A stretch of DNA of 64,000 bases from Clostridia bacterium (lineage in GTDB: Bacteria > Bacillota > Clostridia > Christensenellales > DTU072): contig DAONQC010000001.1 in assembly GCA_035409945.1 (NCBI GenBank), positions 87,361 through 151,360 of the forward strand. Direction: 5' to 3'. The first letter of the stretch is position 1, and each line of letters opens with the position of its first letter. Under the pieces are notes generated by a model, which made no database searches, was not told where the DNA came from, and worked only from the letters and a program-made list of their open reading frames with translations. The position numbers and the translations under genes are program-made. Shown piece after piece: positions 19,250-30,833 of the stretch.

Positions 19250-20585
19250 TTTTTACCTCCTTAAAGGATAAAGCGTAAAATGTCTCATTTTCATTATTGA
19301 GAGATAAGAAACAATTTATAATAAGCCTAGTGATTACTAATGCTGAAAACATAGATAATAAGTTTCCTATTAACAATGTGATACCAAACCCTTTAATTGA
19401 TGCAGCGCCAAAAACGATCATTACAATAGCACCGAGTATGGTTGTTACATTACCGTCTATTATTGCCGGCAAGCCCTTCCTAAAGCCTATAGCAACTGAA
19501 CTCGGTATTCCTTTCCCTAATCCCCCTAGGCGTTTTTCTTCTTTTATTCTTTCAAAAACAATTATATTAGCATCGACAGCCATTCCAATACTTAGAATGA
19601 TACCTGCAATGGAAGGTAGTGTTAATTGAACCCAAGGAATTAAGGCTAATAGATAAATATAAATTATACTATAGATTATTAAAGCAGAAGATGCGGCAAT
19701 ACCAAAGCCTCGATAATAAAGCATAAGGAATAAAATTATACAAGCTAAGCCAACAACACCTGCGATTATGCTTGCCTTCATAGCATCTTGTCCTAAAGTT
19801 GGAGAGATTGGAGCAGCAGATATTGGCGAGAGATTAACTGCAAACGTGCCTGCATTAATTTTAGTGGCCATATCCTTTGCGGTTTGTTGATTATAATTAC
19901 CTGAAATAATGGCATTTCCATCTGTAATAGCAACATTTACCTTAGGTTCCATAACCTTCTCACCGTTTATGTAAATGCCTATCGTTTTCCCGACATTTTT
20001 TTCAGTAGCTTCTGCAAACAGCTTAGCTCCTTCCGTATTGAAAGTTAGTGCTATTATGTGTTGCCCTTCATATATGCGAGCTGATGCATTTTCTAAATGT
20101 TTACTACCTGTTACTAACACTGTTCCAGATTCATCTTTAAACTCAAGTATTGCGGGTTCGCCTAACAATTCAATCAAACGATCTGTATCTTGTATTGACG
20201 GAACTTCTACTCTAATTTGATTTTCTCCCTGTTTGGTAACTGTTGCTTCTGGATACCCTTCATTAAACAACAGGGATTCTAAATTAGATATGGTGCCATC
20301 CATTGCATTATTTTTTTCTTCTGCATTAGCAAACTGTGATAAATCAGCTTCATATACTGCATACATACCACCTTCTAAGTCTAATCCTAGCTTTATTGAT
20401 TTAGAAATCCAATAAAAATCATAATTGCCTTTGCCAATTCTAAACGAATCTTTTTTATTCAAAGGGAAAATAAAAATTGCAAGGGTTATAGAAATAAGTG
20501 CAATAATTACGAGAATAATTATCGCAGTACTTTTTTGGAATGCTTTCCAATCAGTAGTCTTTTTTGTAATTTTATTTTTTCGCAC
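19230..20585 (-). CDS. secD: Protein translocase subunit SecD
   Basis: 451 aa with LGLDLEGG, a periplasmic P1-like domain and a C-terminal TM bundle (GMAVDANIIVFERIKEE). Confidence 0.9.
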   Translation of the reverse strand: MRKNKITKKTTDWKAFQKSTAIIILVIIALISITLAIFIFPLNKKDSFRIGKGNYDFYWISKSIKLGLDLEGGMYAVYEADLSQFANAEEKNNAMDGTISNLESLLFNEGYPEATVTKQGENQIRVEVPSIQDTDRLIELLGEPAILEFKDESGTVLVTGSKHLENASARIYEGQHIIALTFNTEGAKLFAEATEKNVGKTIGIYINGEKVMEPKVNVAITDGNAIISGNYNQQTAKDMATKINAGTFAVNLSPISAAPISPTLGQDAMKASIIAGVVGLACIILFLMLYYRGFGIAASSALIIYSIIYIYLLALIPWVQLTLPSIAGIILSIGMAVDANIIVFERIKEEKRLGGLGKGIPSSVAIGFRKGLPAIIDGNVTTILGAIVMIVFGAASIKGFGITLLIGNLLSMFSALVITRLIINCFLSLNNENETFYALSFKEVKNEKKKA

Positions 20586-20617
20586 GATTACTTTATCTCC
20601 ATTTTAAAATCTTTAAT

Positions 20618-20646
20618 ATTATATATTGACTTATAATAATAGTCAA
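20618..20646 (-). promoter_or_regulatory. Sigma-A promoter for secDF, embedded in an 8-bp-arm inverted repeat
   Basis: The minus strand reads TTGACT-N17-TATAAT. The arms TATTGACT (20624-20631) and AGTCAATA (20641-20648) flank the spacer. Confidence 0.6.
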
Positions 20647-20710
20647 TAAATAACTCAAAGCAAAAATTTTAAGTAAAAATATTTATCGGTTATTGTGATC
20701 ATTGTAATTA

Positions 20711-22069
20711 TCAGAGACCAAGTTTTTCAATAGCCCAAATTGCTAAACTAAGTTCTAATCTCTTTTTGGTCAACTTGCACCCTATTGTATATTCGCCGTG
20801 TAAATCACCAGTTAAATTATAACTATTTGCAGTGCAACCGCCACCACAAAAATATTTTGCAAAACAATTTTTGCAATGACCCTTTGAAAAGATGGTATTT
20901 TTAGAAAAAATTGTTCTTATATTGGGGTTTAATATACCATCAAATACATTGCCTATGACAAAATCCTTGTTTCCTACAAATTGATGGCATGGATAGATAT
21001 CGCCTGTTGGACTAATTGCAAGATATTCAGTACCTGCACCGCAACCACTTAGTCTTTTATTAATGCAAGGACCATTTTCTAAATCAATCATAAAATGAAA
21101 GAAATTAAACCACTTATCAGACTTTCTAGATTCTAGATATTTTTCAGCAAACAAATCGTATTCTTTTAAAACTCTATCTAAATGTTCGTCCCTAATGGCT
21201 AAACTATTGTCGCTCGGAAGAACAACAGGTTCAATTGAAATTTGATCAAAGCCTTTTTCAACAAGGGCAAATATATCGTCACAAAAATCTAAATTAAGAG
21301 ATGTAAACGTTCCTCTTGCATAGTACTTTTTGTCATTTCTTTTGTCCTTAAAGGCTAATGCATTTTTCAATGCTAAATCATATGTTCCTTTTCCATACTT
21401 ATCAATCCGTACATTATCGTGAGTCAATTTACGTCCGTCTAAGCTCAAGACAACATTCACCATTTCCTCATTCAAAAAATCCATAGTTTTTTTTGATAAT
21501 AACGTACAGTTAGTAGTGAATGTAAAATTAAAAAGTTTATTGTATTCTTTTTCCTTACTCCTTGCGTATGATATTACTTTTTTCACCGTTCGTAAGTTTA
21601 AGAGAGGCTCCCCACCAAAAAAGTCTATTTCTACATTACGCACAGAATTACTATGTGCTATTAGAAAATCAACTGCTTTCATCCCTATTTCTGGTGACAT
21701 AAAATCTTTTAAAGTATTATAAGTACCGTCTTTTGCAAAACAATATTTACATCTAAGGTTACAATCGTGACATACGTTTAGACATAAAGATTTAATTAGA
21801 TCTACGGACTTTGTATAATTTGTAATTTTTGAAACACAGTTCAACAAATTATTTTCTTCCAAGGTTAAAATCTCAGATAGTGTTGAGTCACGATCCGATA
21901 CAGCAAAGGAATTTAAATCGTCATATTCCTCATCTGTCATTAGCAATTTATAGTGATGTTTACACATCAAAAATGCTAAATAATCTACTACATGTAAACT
22001 ACCGCTCTCAACATCCCATAAAAAGTAAAGTAAAATATTTTTGTGTCTAAATGAAAATGTGTGAATCAA
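20711..22069 (-). CDS. scfB: Radical SAM/SPASM thioether-forming maturase of the SCIFF peptide
   Basis: 452 aa with the CNLRCKYC radical-SAM cluster and a C-terminal Cys-rich SPASM region (CGAG...CHQF...CKNCFAKYFCGGGC). The TTG start at 22069 directly abuts the stop codon of the SCIFF precursor. Confidence 0.88.
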   Translation of the reverse strand: MIHTFSFRHKNILLYFLWDVESGSLHVVDYLAFLMCKHHYKLLMTDEEYDDLNSFAVSDRDSTLSEILTLEENNLLNCVSKITNYTKSVDLIKSLCLNVCHDCNLRCKYCFAKDGTYNTLKDFMSPEIGMKAVDFLIAHSNSVRNVEIDFFGGEPLLNLRTVKKVISYARSKEKEYNKLFNFTFTTNCTLLSKKTMDFLNEEMVNVVLSLDGRKLTHDNVRIDKYGKGTYDLALKNALAFKDKRNDKKYYARGTFTSLNLDFCDDIFALVEKGFDQISIEPVVLPSDNSLAIRDEHLDRVLKEYDLFAEKYLESRKSDKWFNFFHFMIDLENGPCINKRLSGCGAGTEYLAISPTGDIYPCHQFVGNKDFVIGNVFDGILNPNIRTIFSKNTIFSKGHCKNCFAKYFCGGGCTANSYNLTGDLHGEYTIGCKLTKKRLELSLAIWAIEKLGL

Positions 22070-22243
22070 TTACTTAAGTATCTCAGTTTCTTTTTTATTA
22101 ATCTTTTCCTCTCGTGCACAATTTTGATTTCCTACAGTGCAACTTGTTTTACAAGCAGATTGACAACTAGACTGGCATTCTTTGCAATTTGTTTGATGAT
22201 CTTTTTGAAAAATGTTATTAGAAATAATTTTTATATGTTTCAT
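22070..22243 (-). CDS. scfA: SCIFF (six cysteines in forty-five residues) ribosomal peptide precursor
   Basis: My own translation, below the ORF-track cutoff: MKHIKIISNNIFQKDHQTNCKECQSSCQSACKTSCTVGNQNCAREEKINKKETEILK (57 aa, six Cys). SD is GAGGTG with 4 nt spacing to the ATG at 22243. The core CQSSCQSACKTSCTVGNQNC matches the SCIFF core as I remember it. Confidence 0.9.
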   Translation of the reverse strand: MKHIKIISNNIFQKDHQTNCKECQSSCQSACKTSCTVGNQNCAREEKINKKETEILK

Positions 22244-22271
22244 AACGCACCTCGTGTTTATTAATGACGAA

Positions 22272-22301
22272 ATTATATCATATTGTGTAGTTTAATGCCA
22301 A
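22272..22301 (-). promoter_or_regulatory. Promoter of scfA-scfB
   Basis: The minus strand reads TTGGCA-N18-(TGa)TATAAT, ending about 28 nt upstream of the scfA ATG. Confidence 0.55.
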
Positions 22302-22304
22302 CAT

Positions 22305-22327
22305 AAAAGGGTTGCGCATGCAACCCT
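22305..22327 (-). terminator. Rho-independent terminator after yajC
   Basis: GGGTTGC-gcat-GCAACCC palindrome. On the minus strand it is followed by TTTTAT. Confidence 0.65.
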
Positions 22328-22357
22328 CTGTACATCAACTCAAGGATTAGATGACAA

Positions 22358-22639
22358 TTATAATTTATTCCTAATTGCACCTTTAACTACAACTATCTCA
22401 ACCGGGTTTTCTTCAGTACCGATATCAAGAGTTACTCTATCTGTGTCAGAGTTTATAACTTTAATAGTTCCAATTATTCCCGCAGTAGTCATAATCTTAT
22501 CTCCTACTTTAAGGCTATCCATCATAGATTGATATTGTTTTTTTTGTTTTCTCTGGGGGATTATGGTCATCACTATCATTATAACAAAAAACACACCTAA
22601 AATTACTAAAAAAACCCAATTGTTGGTTCCGTCAAACAT
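22358..22639 (-). CDS. yajC: Preprotein translocase subunit YajC
   Basis: 93 aa with a single N-terminal TM and the motifs PQRKQKKQYQ.M..L.VGD.I.T.GGI.GTI. Confidence 0.9.
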   Translation of the reverse strand: MFDGTNNWVFLVILGVFFVIMIVMTIIPQRKQKKQYQSMMDSLKVGDKIMTTAGIIGTIKVINSDTDRVTLDIGTEENPVEIVVVKGAIRNKL

Positions 22640-22787
22640 TGCTTTATCTCCTAAATGTTTTTTTTAGTTTATCATGAACAATAAACTCGTTGCAAGCATT
22701 ATTTAGGTTTACTTATGGATGGATTATAATTTGAACTTTCCAATAACAAAATTTAGTTTTTTTATTAAATTTGTCAGTATAAATGTG

Positions 22788-24027
<1,240 letters not shown>

Positions 24028-24028
24028 G

Positions 24029-25078
24029 TTACTTTAAAAACATAGCGTCTCCAAAACTAAAAAATCTATATTTATTTTTTATGGCAATGTCATACAATTC
24101 AAGTGTTTTCTCTCGTCCGATAAACGCAGACACTAACATTAATAATGTGCTTTCTGGAAGATGAAAATTAGTAATCATGGAATCAACAATTTTAAATTGA
24201 TAAGGAGGATATATGAATATATCAGTATCTCTCACCCCATACATTACTTCTTTATTTACATTAGCCGCCGCTTCTAGTGCCCTTACGGATGTGGTTCCTA
24301 CCGCTATAATGCGTCTCCCTTCCGATTTTGCTATATTGATTGAATGAGCTGCTTCTTTAGAAATCTCATAGTATTCACTATGCATAACATGTTTTGCAAT
24401 ATGAGAAACTTTAACTGGTCGAAAAGTCCCTAAGCCAACATGTAAAAGTATTTCCACTATTTCAACGCCTTGATTTTTGATTTTTGTTAAAAGCTCTTTA
24501 GTGAAATGTAATCCAGCAGTTGGCGCGGCAGAAGAACCAAGAGTTTTAGAATAAACTGTTTGATATTTTTCAGTATTATCAAGTTTTTGTGTTATATATG
24601 GAGGTAAAGGCATTTCCCCGAATTTTGATAAAATATTTTCAAAGACACCTTCAAAATTACAAGATATTCTCCTAATCCCTGTTTCAGGCTCAATACCTTG
24701 TATACTAACAGATAAACTCTCATTAACTATTAAAGTCTGACCAATTTTTGCTTTTCGAGCTGGCTTTAATAAAGCCTCCCAATCTGTATAATTAAGTCGT
24801 TTTAACAATAGAATCTCGAAGCGTCTTCCCTTCGCATCAAAAGCAAACAATCTAGACGGCATAACTCTGGTATTATTAATAACCAATACGTCCCCTTTCT
24901 TTAACCAGGTTAATATATCAGAGAATATAACATGTTGTACTTCGTGCGTTTCTTTATCATAAACTAATAGTCTAGAGGAGTCTCTAGGCTCTGCTGGGGT
25001 TTGTGCTATTTGTTCGTTGGGAAGGAAATAAAAAAAATCTTCTTTTTTTAAACCTAAACAATTCTGATTATCAGTCAT
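24029..25078 (-). CDS. queA: S-adenosylmethionine:tRNA ribosyltransferase-isomerase
   Basis: QueA motifs are present: [37 protein letters not shown] and [10 protein letters not shown]. The track ORF (to 25159) runs into ruvB. I place the start at the ATG at 25078 (MTDNQ...) or 25093. Confidence 0.92.
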   Translation of the reverse strand: MTDNQNCLGLKKEDFFYFLPNEQIAQTPAEPRDSSRLLVYDKETHEVQHVIFSDILTWLKKGDVLVINNTRVMPSRLFAFDAKGRRFEILLLKRLNYTDWEALLKPARKAKIGQTLIVNESLSVSIQGIEPETGIRRISCNFEGVFENILSKFGEMPLPPYITQKLDNTEKYQTVYSKTLGSSAAPTAGLHFTKELLTKIKNQGVEIVEILLHVGLGTFRPVKVSHIAKHVMHSEYYEISKEAAHSINIAKSEGRRIIAVGTTSVRALEAAANVNKEVMYGVRDTDIFIYPPYQFKIVDSMITNFHLPESTLLMLVSAFIGREKTLELYDIAIKNKYRFFSFGDAMFLK

Positions 25079-26147
25079 TTTTTTCACTATCATCTTGTTT
25101 CCATGTAAGAAGGTTATATTCTTCAGTTGTTGCATTAAATGGTATATTAAGATGTTCATAGGCTAATTTTGTGCAAGTTCGTCCTCTTTGAGTTCTTGCT
25201 ATGAAACCAATTTGCATAAGATATGGTTCGTATACATCTTCAATAGTAACCGATTCTTCACCACTTGCCGCTGCAATGGTTTCAAGTCCGACCGGACCAC
25301 CTCCATATTTTTCGATAATGGTTGTCAATATAACTCTATCTATATCATCTAACCCTAGGTTATCAACTCCTAATCTAGACAAAGCATATTGTGCTATTTT
25401 TAGTGTTATTGTATCAGAATTTTCATGTTGAGCAAAATCTCGCATTCTTTTTAAAAATCTATTTGCTATCCGTGGGGTTCCTCTTGAGCGAACTGCTAAC
25501 TCTAATGCTGCATCTTCATCTATTCGAATGTCTAAAATGCGTGCAGATCTCTTAATTATTGTTTTTAGTTCCTCAGGTGTATATAAATCTAGCCGTTTGA
25601 TTATCCCAAAACGATCCCTAAGCGGAGAGGATATATTACCAGCTTTTGTAGTAGCTCCAATTAATGTAAATTTATTAATAGGAAGTCTAATCGAACGAGC
25701 TGCTGGTCCTTTACCAATGAACATATCAAACATAAAATCTTCCATAACAGGATACAAAGCTTCTTCAACTACATGGTTTAATCTATGAATTTCATCAATA
25801 AAAAGTACTGAATGAGGTGAGAGTGACGTTAATAGTGAGGCTAGTTCGCTTAGATTAGTTAAAGAAGGACCAGAAACTATTTTAAAATCCACAGCTAGTT
25901 CATACGAAATAATGCGACTTAACGTAGTTTTTCCTATTCCTGGCGGGCCATATAGTAAAACATGATCTAAAGATTCATTTCTTTCTTTAGCAGCTTGTAT
26001 ATAAATCCTAAGGTTATGCTTGAAATCTTCCTGCCCTATGAATTCATTTAGCGTTAATGGTCTTAAAACATTTTCGCCATCGGAAGTTTCGTTTTCAATA
26101 ATCTCCATAGATACATATCTATTCTCGCTATTATTATCTTCTTGCAT
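25071..26147 (-). CDS. ruvB: Holliday junction branch-migration ATPase RuvB
   Basis: 358 aa with Walker [10 protein letters not shown], Walker [10 protein letters not shown], and RGTPRIANR. Confidence 0.95.
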   Translation of the reverse strand: MQEDNNSENRYVSMEIIENETSDGENVLRPLTLNEFIGQEDFKHNLRIYIQAAKERNESLDHVLLYGPPGIGKTTLSRIISYELAVDFKIVSGPSLTNLSELASLLTSLSPHSVLFIDEIHRLNHVVEEALYPVMEDFMFDMFIGKGPAARSIRLPINKFTLIGATTKAGNISSPLRDRFGIIKRLDLYTPEELKTIIKRSARILDIRIDEDAALELAVRSRGTPRIANRFLKRMRDFAQHENSDTITLKIAQYALSRLGVDNLGLDDIDRVILTTIIEKYGGGPVGLETIAAASGEESVTIEDVYEPYLMQIGFIARTQRGRTCTKLAYEHLNIPFNATTEEYNLLTWKQDDSEKND

Positions 26148-26208
26148 AATTTATAAAATCCTCTTAAATTTGTTGTTTAATTTTAAATAATTTGTTTTCA
26201 ATACTTTT

Positions 26209-26814
26209 TTAGTATTTATTCATGCTTTTCAGTGCATTATAAATTAGGTTTTCCAATGTTCCATCCCAATTGTTTTCTTTACTCAAACTTACAGCCTTCA
26301 TTGCATCCGCTCTTAATATACCTAGTGAGCACAAGGCTTCTATGGCTTCATTAATTATTTGGTTGTCACTATCCATAACATCTTCAATGTGAGTTAACAA
26401 AGAAGCATTTTCTGTAATTATTTTCTCTTTCAACTCCAATACTAATCTCTCTGCAATCTTTTTTCCTACTCCCTTGATTTTAGATAAAGATTTAGTATCT
26501 TCAGAGACAATCGTGAGTGCTAACGATTTTACTGGCATTCCTGAAAGTATTAAAATCCCTAGTTTCGGGCCAACACCTGATACTGTAATTAAATTTAAAA
26601 ACATTTTTTTTTCTTCAGCTGATGAAAATCCATATAAATCTAAACTGTCATCTCGAACAACAAGATGTGTATATATAGTTACAACAGAATTAACAGATGA
26701 AAACTTTTCTAGAGTGTTTTTTGACACTATTACATTAAAGCCTATGCCATTAATATCTATAATTACACTATCTTCATTTGTTTGAATTAATTTACCAGTT
26801 AAAGAACTTATCAT
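26209..26814 (-). CDS. ruvA: Holliday junction DNA helicase subunit RuvA
   Basis: 201 aa with an OB N-terminus (MISSLTGKL...GIGF.V) and HhH motifs (ISVSGVGPK, LSKIKGVGKKIAERL). Confidence 0.93.
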   Translation of the reverse strand: MISSLTGKLIQTNEDSVIIDINGIGFNVIVSKNTLEKFSSVNSVVTIYTHLVVRDDSLDLYGFSSAEEKKMFLNLITVSGVGPKLGILILSGMPVKSLALTIVSEDTKSLSKIKGVGKKIAERLVLELKEKIITENASLLTHIEDVMDSDNQIINEAIEALCSLGILRADAMKAVSLSKENNWDGTLENLIYNALKSMNKY

Positions 26815-26886
26815 TTACTATTCTCCTCTTGTTAAATATTATACAGACATTATTAGTCAAATTGTAGTAATTCTTATTTAAACTAA

Positions 26887-27366
26887 CTATCTCAATAACC
26901 TGTTATTTTGGATGTGTGTTAAAGCAATAGCAATTGCATCTGCTGCATCATCTGGTTTCGGAATTCTATCAAGTTTTAGTAATAATTTTACCATTTCTTG
27001 TATTTGTTGCTTTTCTGCCTTACCATAACCAGTGAGTGATTGTTTAACCTGTAGAGGTGTGTATTCAAATATCGGTAGATTTTGCTGCGCGCAAACATAT
27101 AGTATGACGCCTCGTGCTTCAGCGACTTTAATGGCTGTTTTCGCATTTTTTTGGAAATATAACTCCTCTATTGAAACTTCATCAGGTTTAAACTTGTTAA
27201 TTAAAACTAAAATCTGCTCTCCAATATACTTCAGCCTATCCGAAAAAATATCATCTTTGTGTGTCACAATTGTGCCATATGAAACCAATCGCCACATCCC
27301 TCTTTCAGAATCCACAACACTAAAACCCAATCTTCCATACCCTGGGTCAAATCCAATAACTCTCAT
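26887..27366 (-). CDS. ruvC: Crossover junction endodeoxyribonuclease RuvC
   Basis: 159 aa with MRVIGFDPGYGRLGF, VSIEELYF and DAADAIAIALTH. Confidence 0.93.
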   Translation of the reverse strand: MRVIGFDPGYGRLGFSVVDSERGMWRLVSYGTIVTHKDDIFSDRLKYIGEQILVLINKFKPDEVSIEELYFQKNAKTAIKVAEARGVILYVCAQQNLPIFEYTPLQVKQSLTGYGKAEKQQIQEMVKLLLKLDRIPKPDDAADAIAIALTHIQNNRLLR

Positions 27367-27505
27367 GTCTCGATTTTATCCTAGATTATATATTTAAGTC
27401 AAATTATATACGAAGTACAAAATGTAAGATACTAGAGTGGTCATATAACAATGAAATTTATTTTTATTAATTAATTTTGTAACCGAGGATTGTCAATTTA
27501 AACTA

Positions 27506-28522
27506 CTATATCATTCTCTTTTCGGTGTTACAATCGTAAAAACGCATATCGTCATAAATGATTTTAACTCTATACTTTTCTTTTAGTTTTTTTGTTAATA
27601 AAAGCCCAATGTCAGTATCTATTAAATAATAACCATCTAAAAACCTAACATTATTAACACCAACCTCTATGCCATCATTATTAACAATGGTTTCTTCTAA
27701 TAAATAAGAACAGATAGTACCTGGTGGTAAATCGTTAATTTCTAAATTACCTAAGCTACTGCTGTTAATTAAACAACTAATTTCATTAAGTGCAATAAAA
27801 GTCCTATTTTTGTTAATCAATTTATCAATGTATAAAGTTTTCGGATTATTAATAATATCTTCTTTTTTTGCATACTGCTCTACAAATCCTTGTCTAATAA
27901 CCATAATCTTACTACCAACATATAAAGCTTCATTTGGAGTACTCGTTAAAAAGATTAATGGACACGTAAACTTAAATCGATTTTTTAAATCATGTAGTTT
28001 TTTGTAGACAACTATTTTTTCTTCTGATGATAAATTATAAAAAATGTCATCTATAATCATAAGTTTTGGCTCACGCAAAAGCAGCCTAGCTAACTTTAAC
28101 AATACTCTATCAACATTATTAAGCTTCTTTACAGGACAATCAGCAAGGTGTTGAAATCCAAATATATTTATGACTTCATCAATTTTATTATTAGCTACAT
28201 CACTGTTAACTTTTCGCATTTTAAGAATTTTAAGCAGATTATACTTTAGCGATCTGTTTTTGTAAAAACCACCTTCTTGAAAAACTAATTGTATATCACG
28301 TAATTTAATATTTGTTTTAGTTATATCATTATTATTCAGTAAAATTGAACCTGATATTCCATCATCTATTAATCCTGCTATGGACTTAGCAATAGTTGTT
28401 TTTCCAGAACCGCTTTCGCCTATAATTGCAATTATTTCACCGCTAGTACAACTAAAACTCGCATCAACGATACCATACGTTCCAAACAAGTATTTGACTG
28501 TAAGATTCTTTACATCTAACAC
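27506..28522 (-). CDS. Orphan MalK/UgpC-like ABC ATPase with degenerate catalytic motifs
   Basis: 338 aa. Walker A (GESGSGKT) and the Q-loop (LVFQEG) are present. The signature LSGGQ is replaced by LNNVD, Walker B/catalytic DE by IIDD, and the H-loop His by LTSTPNEA. A C-terminal regulatory-type domain is present. No permease or binding-protein gene is adjacent. Confidence 0.7.
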   Translation of the reverse strand: MLDVKNLTVKYLFGTYGIVDASFSCTSGEIIAIIGESGSGKTTIAKSIAGLIDDGISGSILLNNNDITKTNIKLRDIQLVFQEGGFYKNRSLKYNLLKILKMRKVNSDVANNKIDEVINIFGFQHLADCPVKKLNNVDRVLLKLARLLLREPKLMIIDDIFYNLSSEEKIVVYKKLHDLKNRFKFTCPLIFLTSTPNEALYVGSKIMVIRQGFVEQYAKKEDIINNPKTLYIDKLINKNRTFIALNEISCLINSSSLGNLEINDLPPGTICSYLLEETIVNNDGIEVGVNNVRFLDGYYLIDTDIGLLLTKKLKEKYRVKIIYDDMRFYDCNTEKRMI

Positions 28523-28568
28523 AATGATAACACCTTCTAATTATATCAATTAAACAATCAAAGCAAAG

Positions 28569-29984
28569 TTAACCAATGATAAACCTTTGAGACTTTGGTT
28601 TGGAAGAGCGTAACTCTCTCGCCTTAGCCTCATAGCCTTTACGTCCAAGTAGTGCATATGTAGCATTTTTCCCCTCTTCAACTCCAGGTTGATTAAATGC
28701 ATCAATTTCCAGAAAATAACCCATATATGCAGTTTCTAGCATTAACAGCATTAAAAGCTGACCTAAATAATATTCATTAACAATAGGTAATGTAATTGTT
28801 CTATTTGCTCTTTTATTCTTCATAAGAGCATATTCTGTAGCTTTCATTTCACTGGATATTAGTTCATTAAGGGTATGACCTGATAAGAAAGAAACCGAAG
28901 TCATATCTTCATACCCTCCCGGGATGGTAATTGTACTTCTGTAATTTTCCACATTAATAAATGTTATAGTTTTATCATACGGACCTTCAGTGTACAACTG
29001 AATTTGACTATGTTGATCAGTTACACCGATTGCTTTTACCGGCGTTTGTCCTTCATTAACTGTTTCACCATATATATTTTTCGCCTTACCTAAACTTTCA
29101 CCCCAAAGCTGGCAGTACCAGTCAGCCATAAGCTTTAAACTATCTGCATATGGCATCATAACGCTAATATTTTTGCCTTTTTTATACATTATGTATTGTG
29201 TAACTGCCGCGGCTAAGGACATATTGTCGGATATGCTCGCTTTTCGGCAGGATTTTTCCATATCCAAACAACCTTTTAAAAGATTTCTGATATCCATACC
29301 TAATACTGCAGCAGGAAATAGCCCTACTGGAGATATTACACTGAATCTACCTCCTACATTTTTAGGAATAAAAAACGTTTTTAATCCTTCAATTTGTGCA
29401 ATTTTAATTAGATTTCCATCATTCTCATCAGTTGTAGCAATTATATGATCTCTCGCATTTTCGCCATATGTTCTCTTTAGGATATCCATTATAATCAAGA
29501 ATTGACTCATTGTTTCAGAAGTGGAGCCACTTTTTGTTATCACATTAAAAACTGTTTTGTTTAGGTCAATTGTATCTAATAGTGCTTGCATCCTTTCAGG
29601 ATCTATATTATCTTCGACATAAAATTTAGGCGCTTTACGTTTGGTTCTATTCAATTCGTTGTGATGTAGGTGACAAAGAGCTTGAAATAAAGCCATGATA
29701 CCAAGAGCAGAACCGCCAATTCCTAAAACAACAAAATGTTCTGCTTTCCTAACTTGCTTAGCTGTAGATAAAATATCACTCACAATGCTTTTTTGATTAT
29801 GCGGTAAATCTAACCAACCCAACATACCGGTATTAGCAATCCTATCCTCTTTGAGCTTAGCAACAGCCCTTTTTTGTAAAGTCTTTACTGCCACAAGGTC
29901 CTTTTCAGTAATTCCTTCACTTCCGATATGATTTTCCATCATATAATTATAATCAAATTTTATAAACTTCTTCTCTTGTATCAT
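28569..29984 (-). CDS. pgi: Glucose-6-phosphate isomerase
   Basis: PGI motifs are present: VLGIGGSALG, TKSGSTSET, GGRFSV and QHSQIQLYTEG. I moved the start to the ATG at 29984, which is preceded by the SD GGAGGG. The track ORF starts 18 nt upstream. Confidence 0.93.
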   Translation of the reverse strand: MIQEKKFIKFDYNYMMENHIGSEGITEKDLVAVKTLQKRAVAKLKEDRIANTGMLGWLDLPHNQKSIVSDILSTAKQVRKAEHFVVLGIGGSALGIMALFQALCHLHHNELNRTKRKAPKFYVEDNIDPERMQALLDTIDLNKTVFNVITKSGSTSETMSQFLIIMDILKRTYGENARDHIIATTDENDGNLIKIAQIEGLKTFFIPKNVGGRFSVISPVGLFPAAVLGMDIRNLLKGCLDMEKSCRKASISDNMSLAAAVTQYIMYKKGKNISVMMPYADSLKLMADWYCQLWGESLGKAKNIYGETVNEGQTPVKAIGVTDQHSQIQLYTEGPYDKTITFINVENYRSTITIPGGYEDMTSVSFLSGHTLNELISSEMKATEYALMKNKRANRTITLPIVNEYYLGQLLMLLMLETAYMGYFLEIDAFNQPGVEEGKNATYALLGRKGYEAKARELRSSKPKSQRFIIG

Positions 29985-30023
29985 TTTTGCCCTCCAATAC
30001 AAATAAAATATTATTTACCTTGT

Positions 30024-30827
30024 TTACATTTGTTCAGCAGTATTAATACACTCAAGCAAATACTGCATGCTGTCTTGAATTTCACTAAAACTGTTATAGT
30101 TATTTGCATACACCTCAATAATCAAAGGACCTTTATAGTTAATATTGATTAGAGCCTTGCATAATTTGACAAAATTGAAGGTCCCTTGACCAGGTAGTTT
30201 TAATCTACCATCGTCATCATAATCGCACACATGTACATTAACAATGCGATCTTTCATAACATCTATATAATCATAAACATCTATGCCAGATTGTTGTGCC
30301 TGTTTTATATCTAAACAAGCCTTAACTGGAGATAGCGTCTTTAACTCTTTGAAGAACTCTGGTTCGTCAAAGTATGTCCAATGAACATTTTCATATGCGA
30401 GCTCACACTTCCCATTTGTACAACTAGATAAGATGTTATTTAAATGCGCTAAACATTTCGCAATCCATTCGTAATTATGGATATATTTCCGTTTTTTTAA
30501 CTTTGCTGGACCATGAAAGGTATAATAATTCGCATTTAATTCATTTGCCGCATGTGCTACTTGTGTAAAGAACACCTCACAATCTTCTCTTGTTCGCTGC
30601 ATTACATTAAACAGTTCTGGTTCAAACTGTTGATTTAGTGTATGAATACTATACACTCTTAAGTCTCCTAATTGTCTTTTGAACAGCGAAACAAACTCCG
30701 GAGTATACTCACGGAATGTAGTTAAAAAAACCTCACAAACCTCAAATCCAAGATTTTTGATTATTTCAAAAGTTTCTTCCGTAGGAAACTTAGTAAAAAA
30801 TGACGCCGTTGAAATCCCAACTTCCAT
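30024..30827 (-). CDS. Sugar phosphate isomerase/epimerase (xylose-isomerase-like TIM barrel family)
   Basis: 267 aa with an AP-endonuclease-2/TIM-barrel pattern (GFEVCEVF, YYTFHG, LAYENV, HVCD). Substrate is unknown. Confidence 0.65.
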   Translation of the reverse strand: MEVGISTASFFTKFPTEETFEIIKNLGFEVCEVFLTTFREYTPEFVSLFKRQLGDLRVYSIHTLNQQFEPELFNVMQRTREDCEVFFTQVAHAANELNANYYTFHGPAKLKKRKYIHNYEWIAKCLAHLNNILSSCTNGKCELAYENVHWTYFDEPEFFKELKTLSPVKACLDIKQAQQSGIDVYDYIDVMKDRIVNVHVCDYDDDGRLKLPGQGTFNFVKLCKALININYKGPLIIEVYANNYNSFSEIQDSMQYLLECINTAEQM

Positions 30828-30833
30828 AAAAGA

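Noticed and set aside
24029-25159. N-terminal extensions in the track ORFs for queA (into ruvB), coaE (into polA), pgi, dapL, apbE and lacZ.
   Set aside because: These are artefacts of longest-ORF calling. Internal ATGs with proper SD spacing and homologous N-termini give the starts listed in the features.
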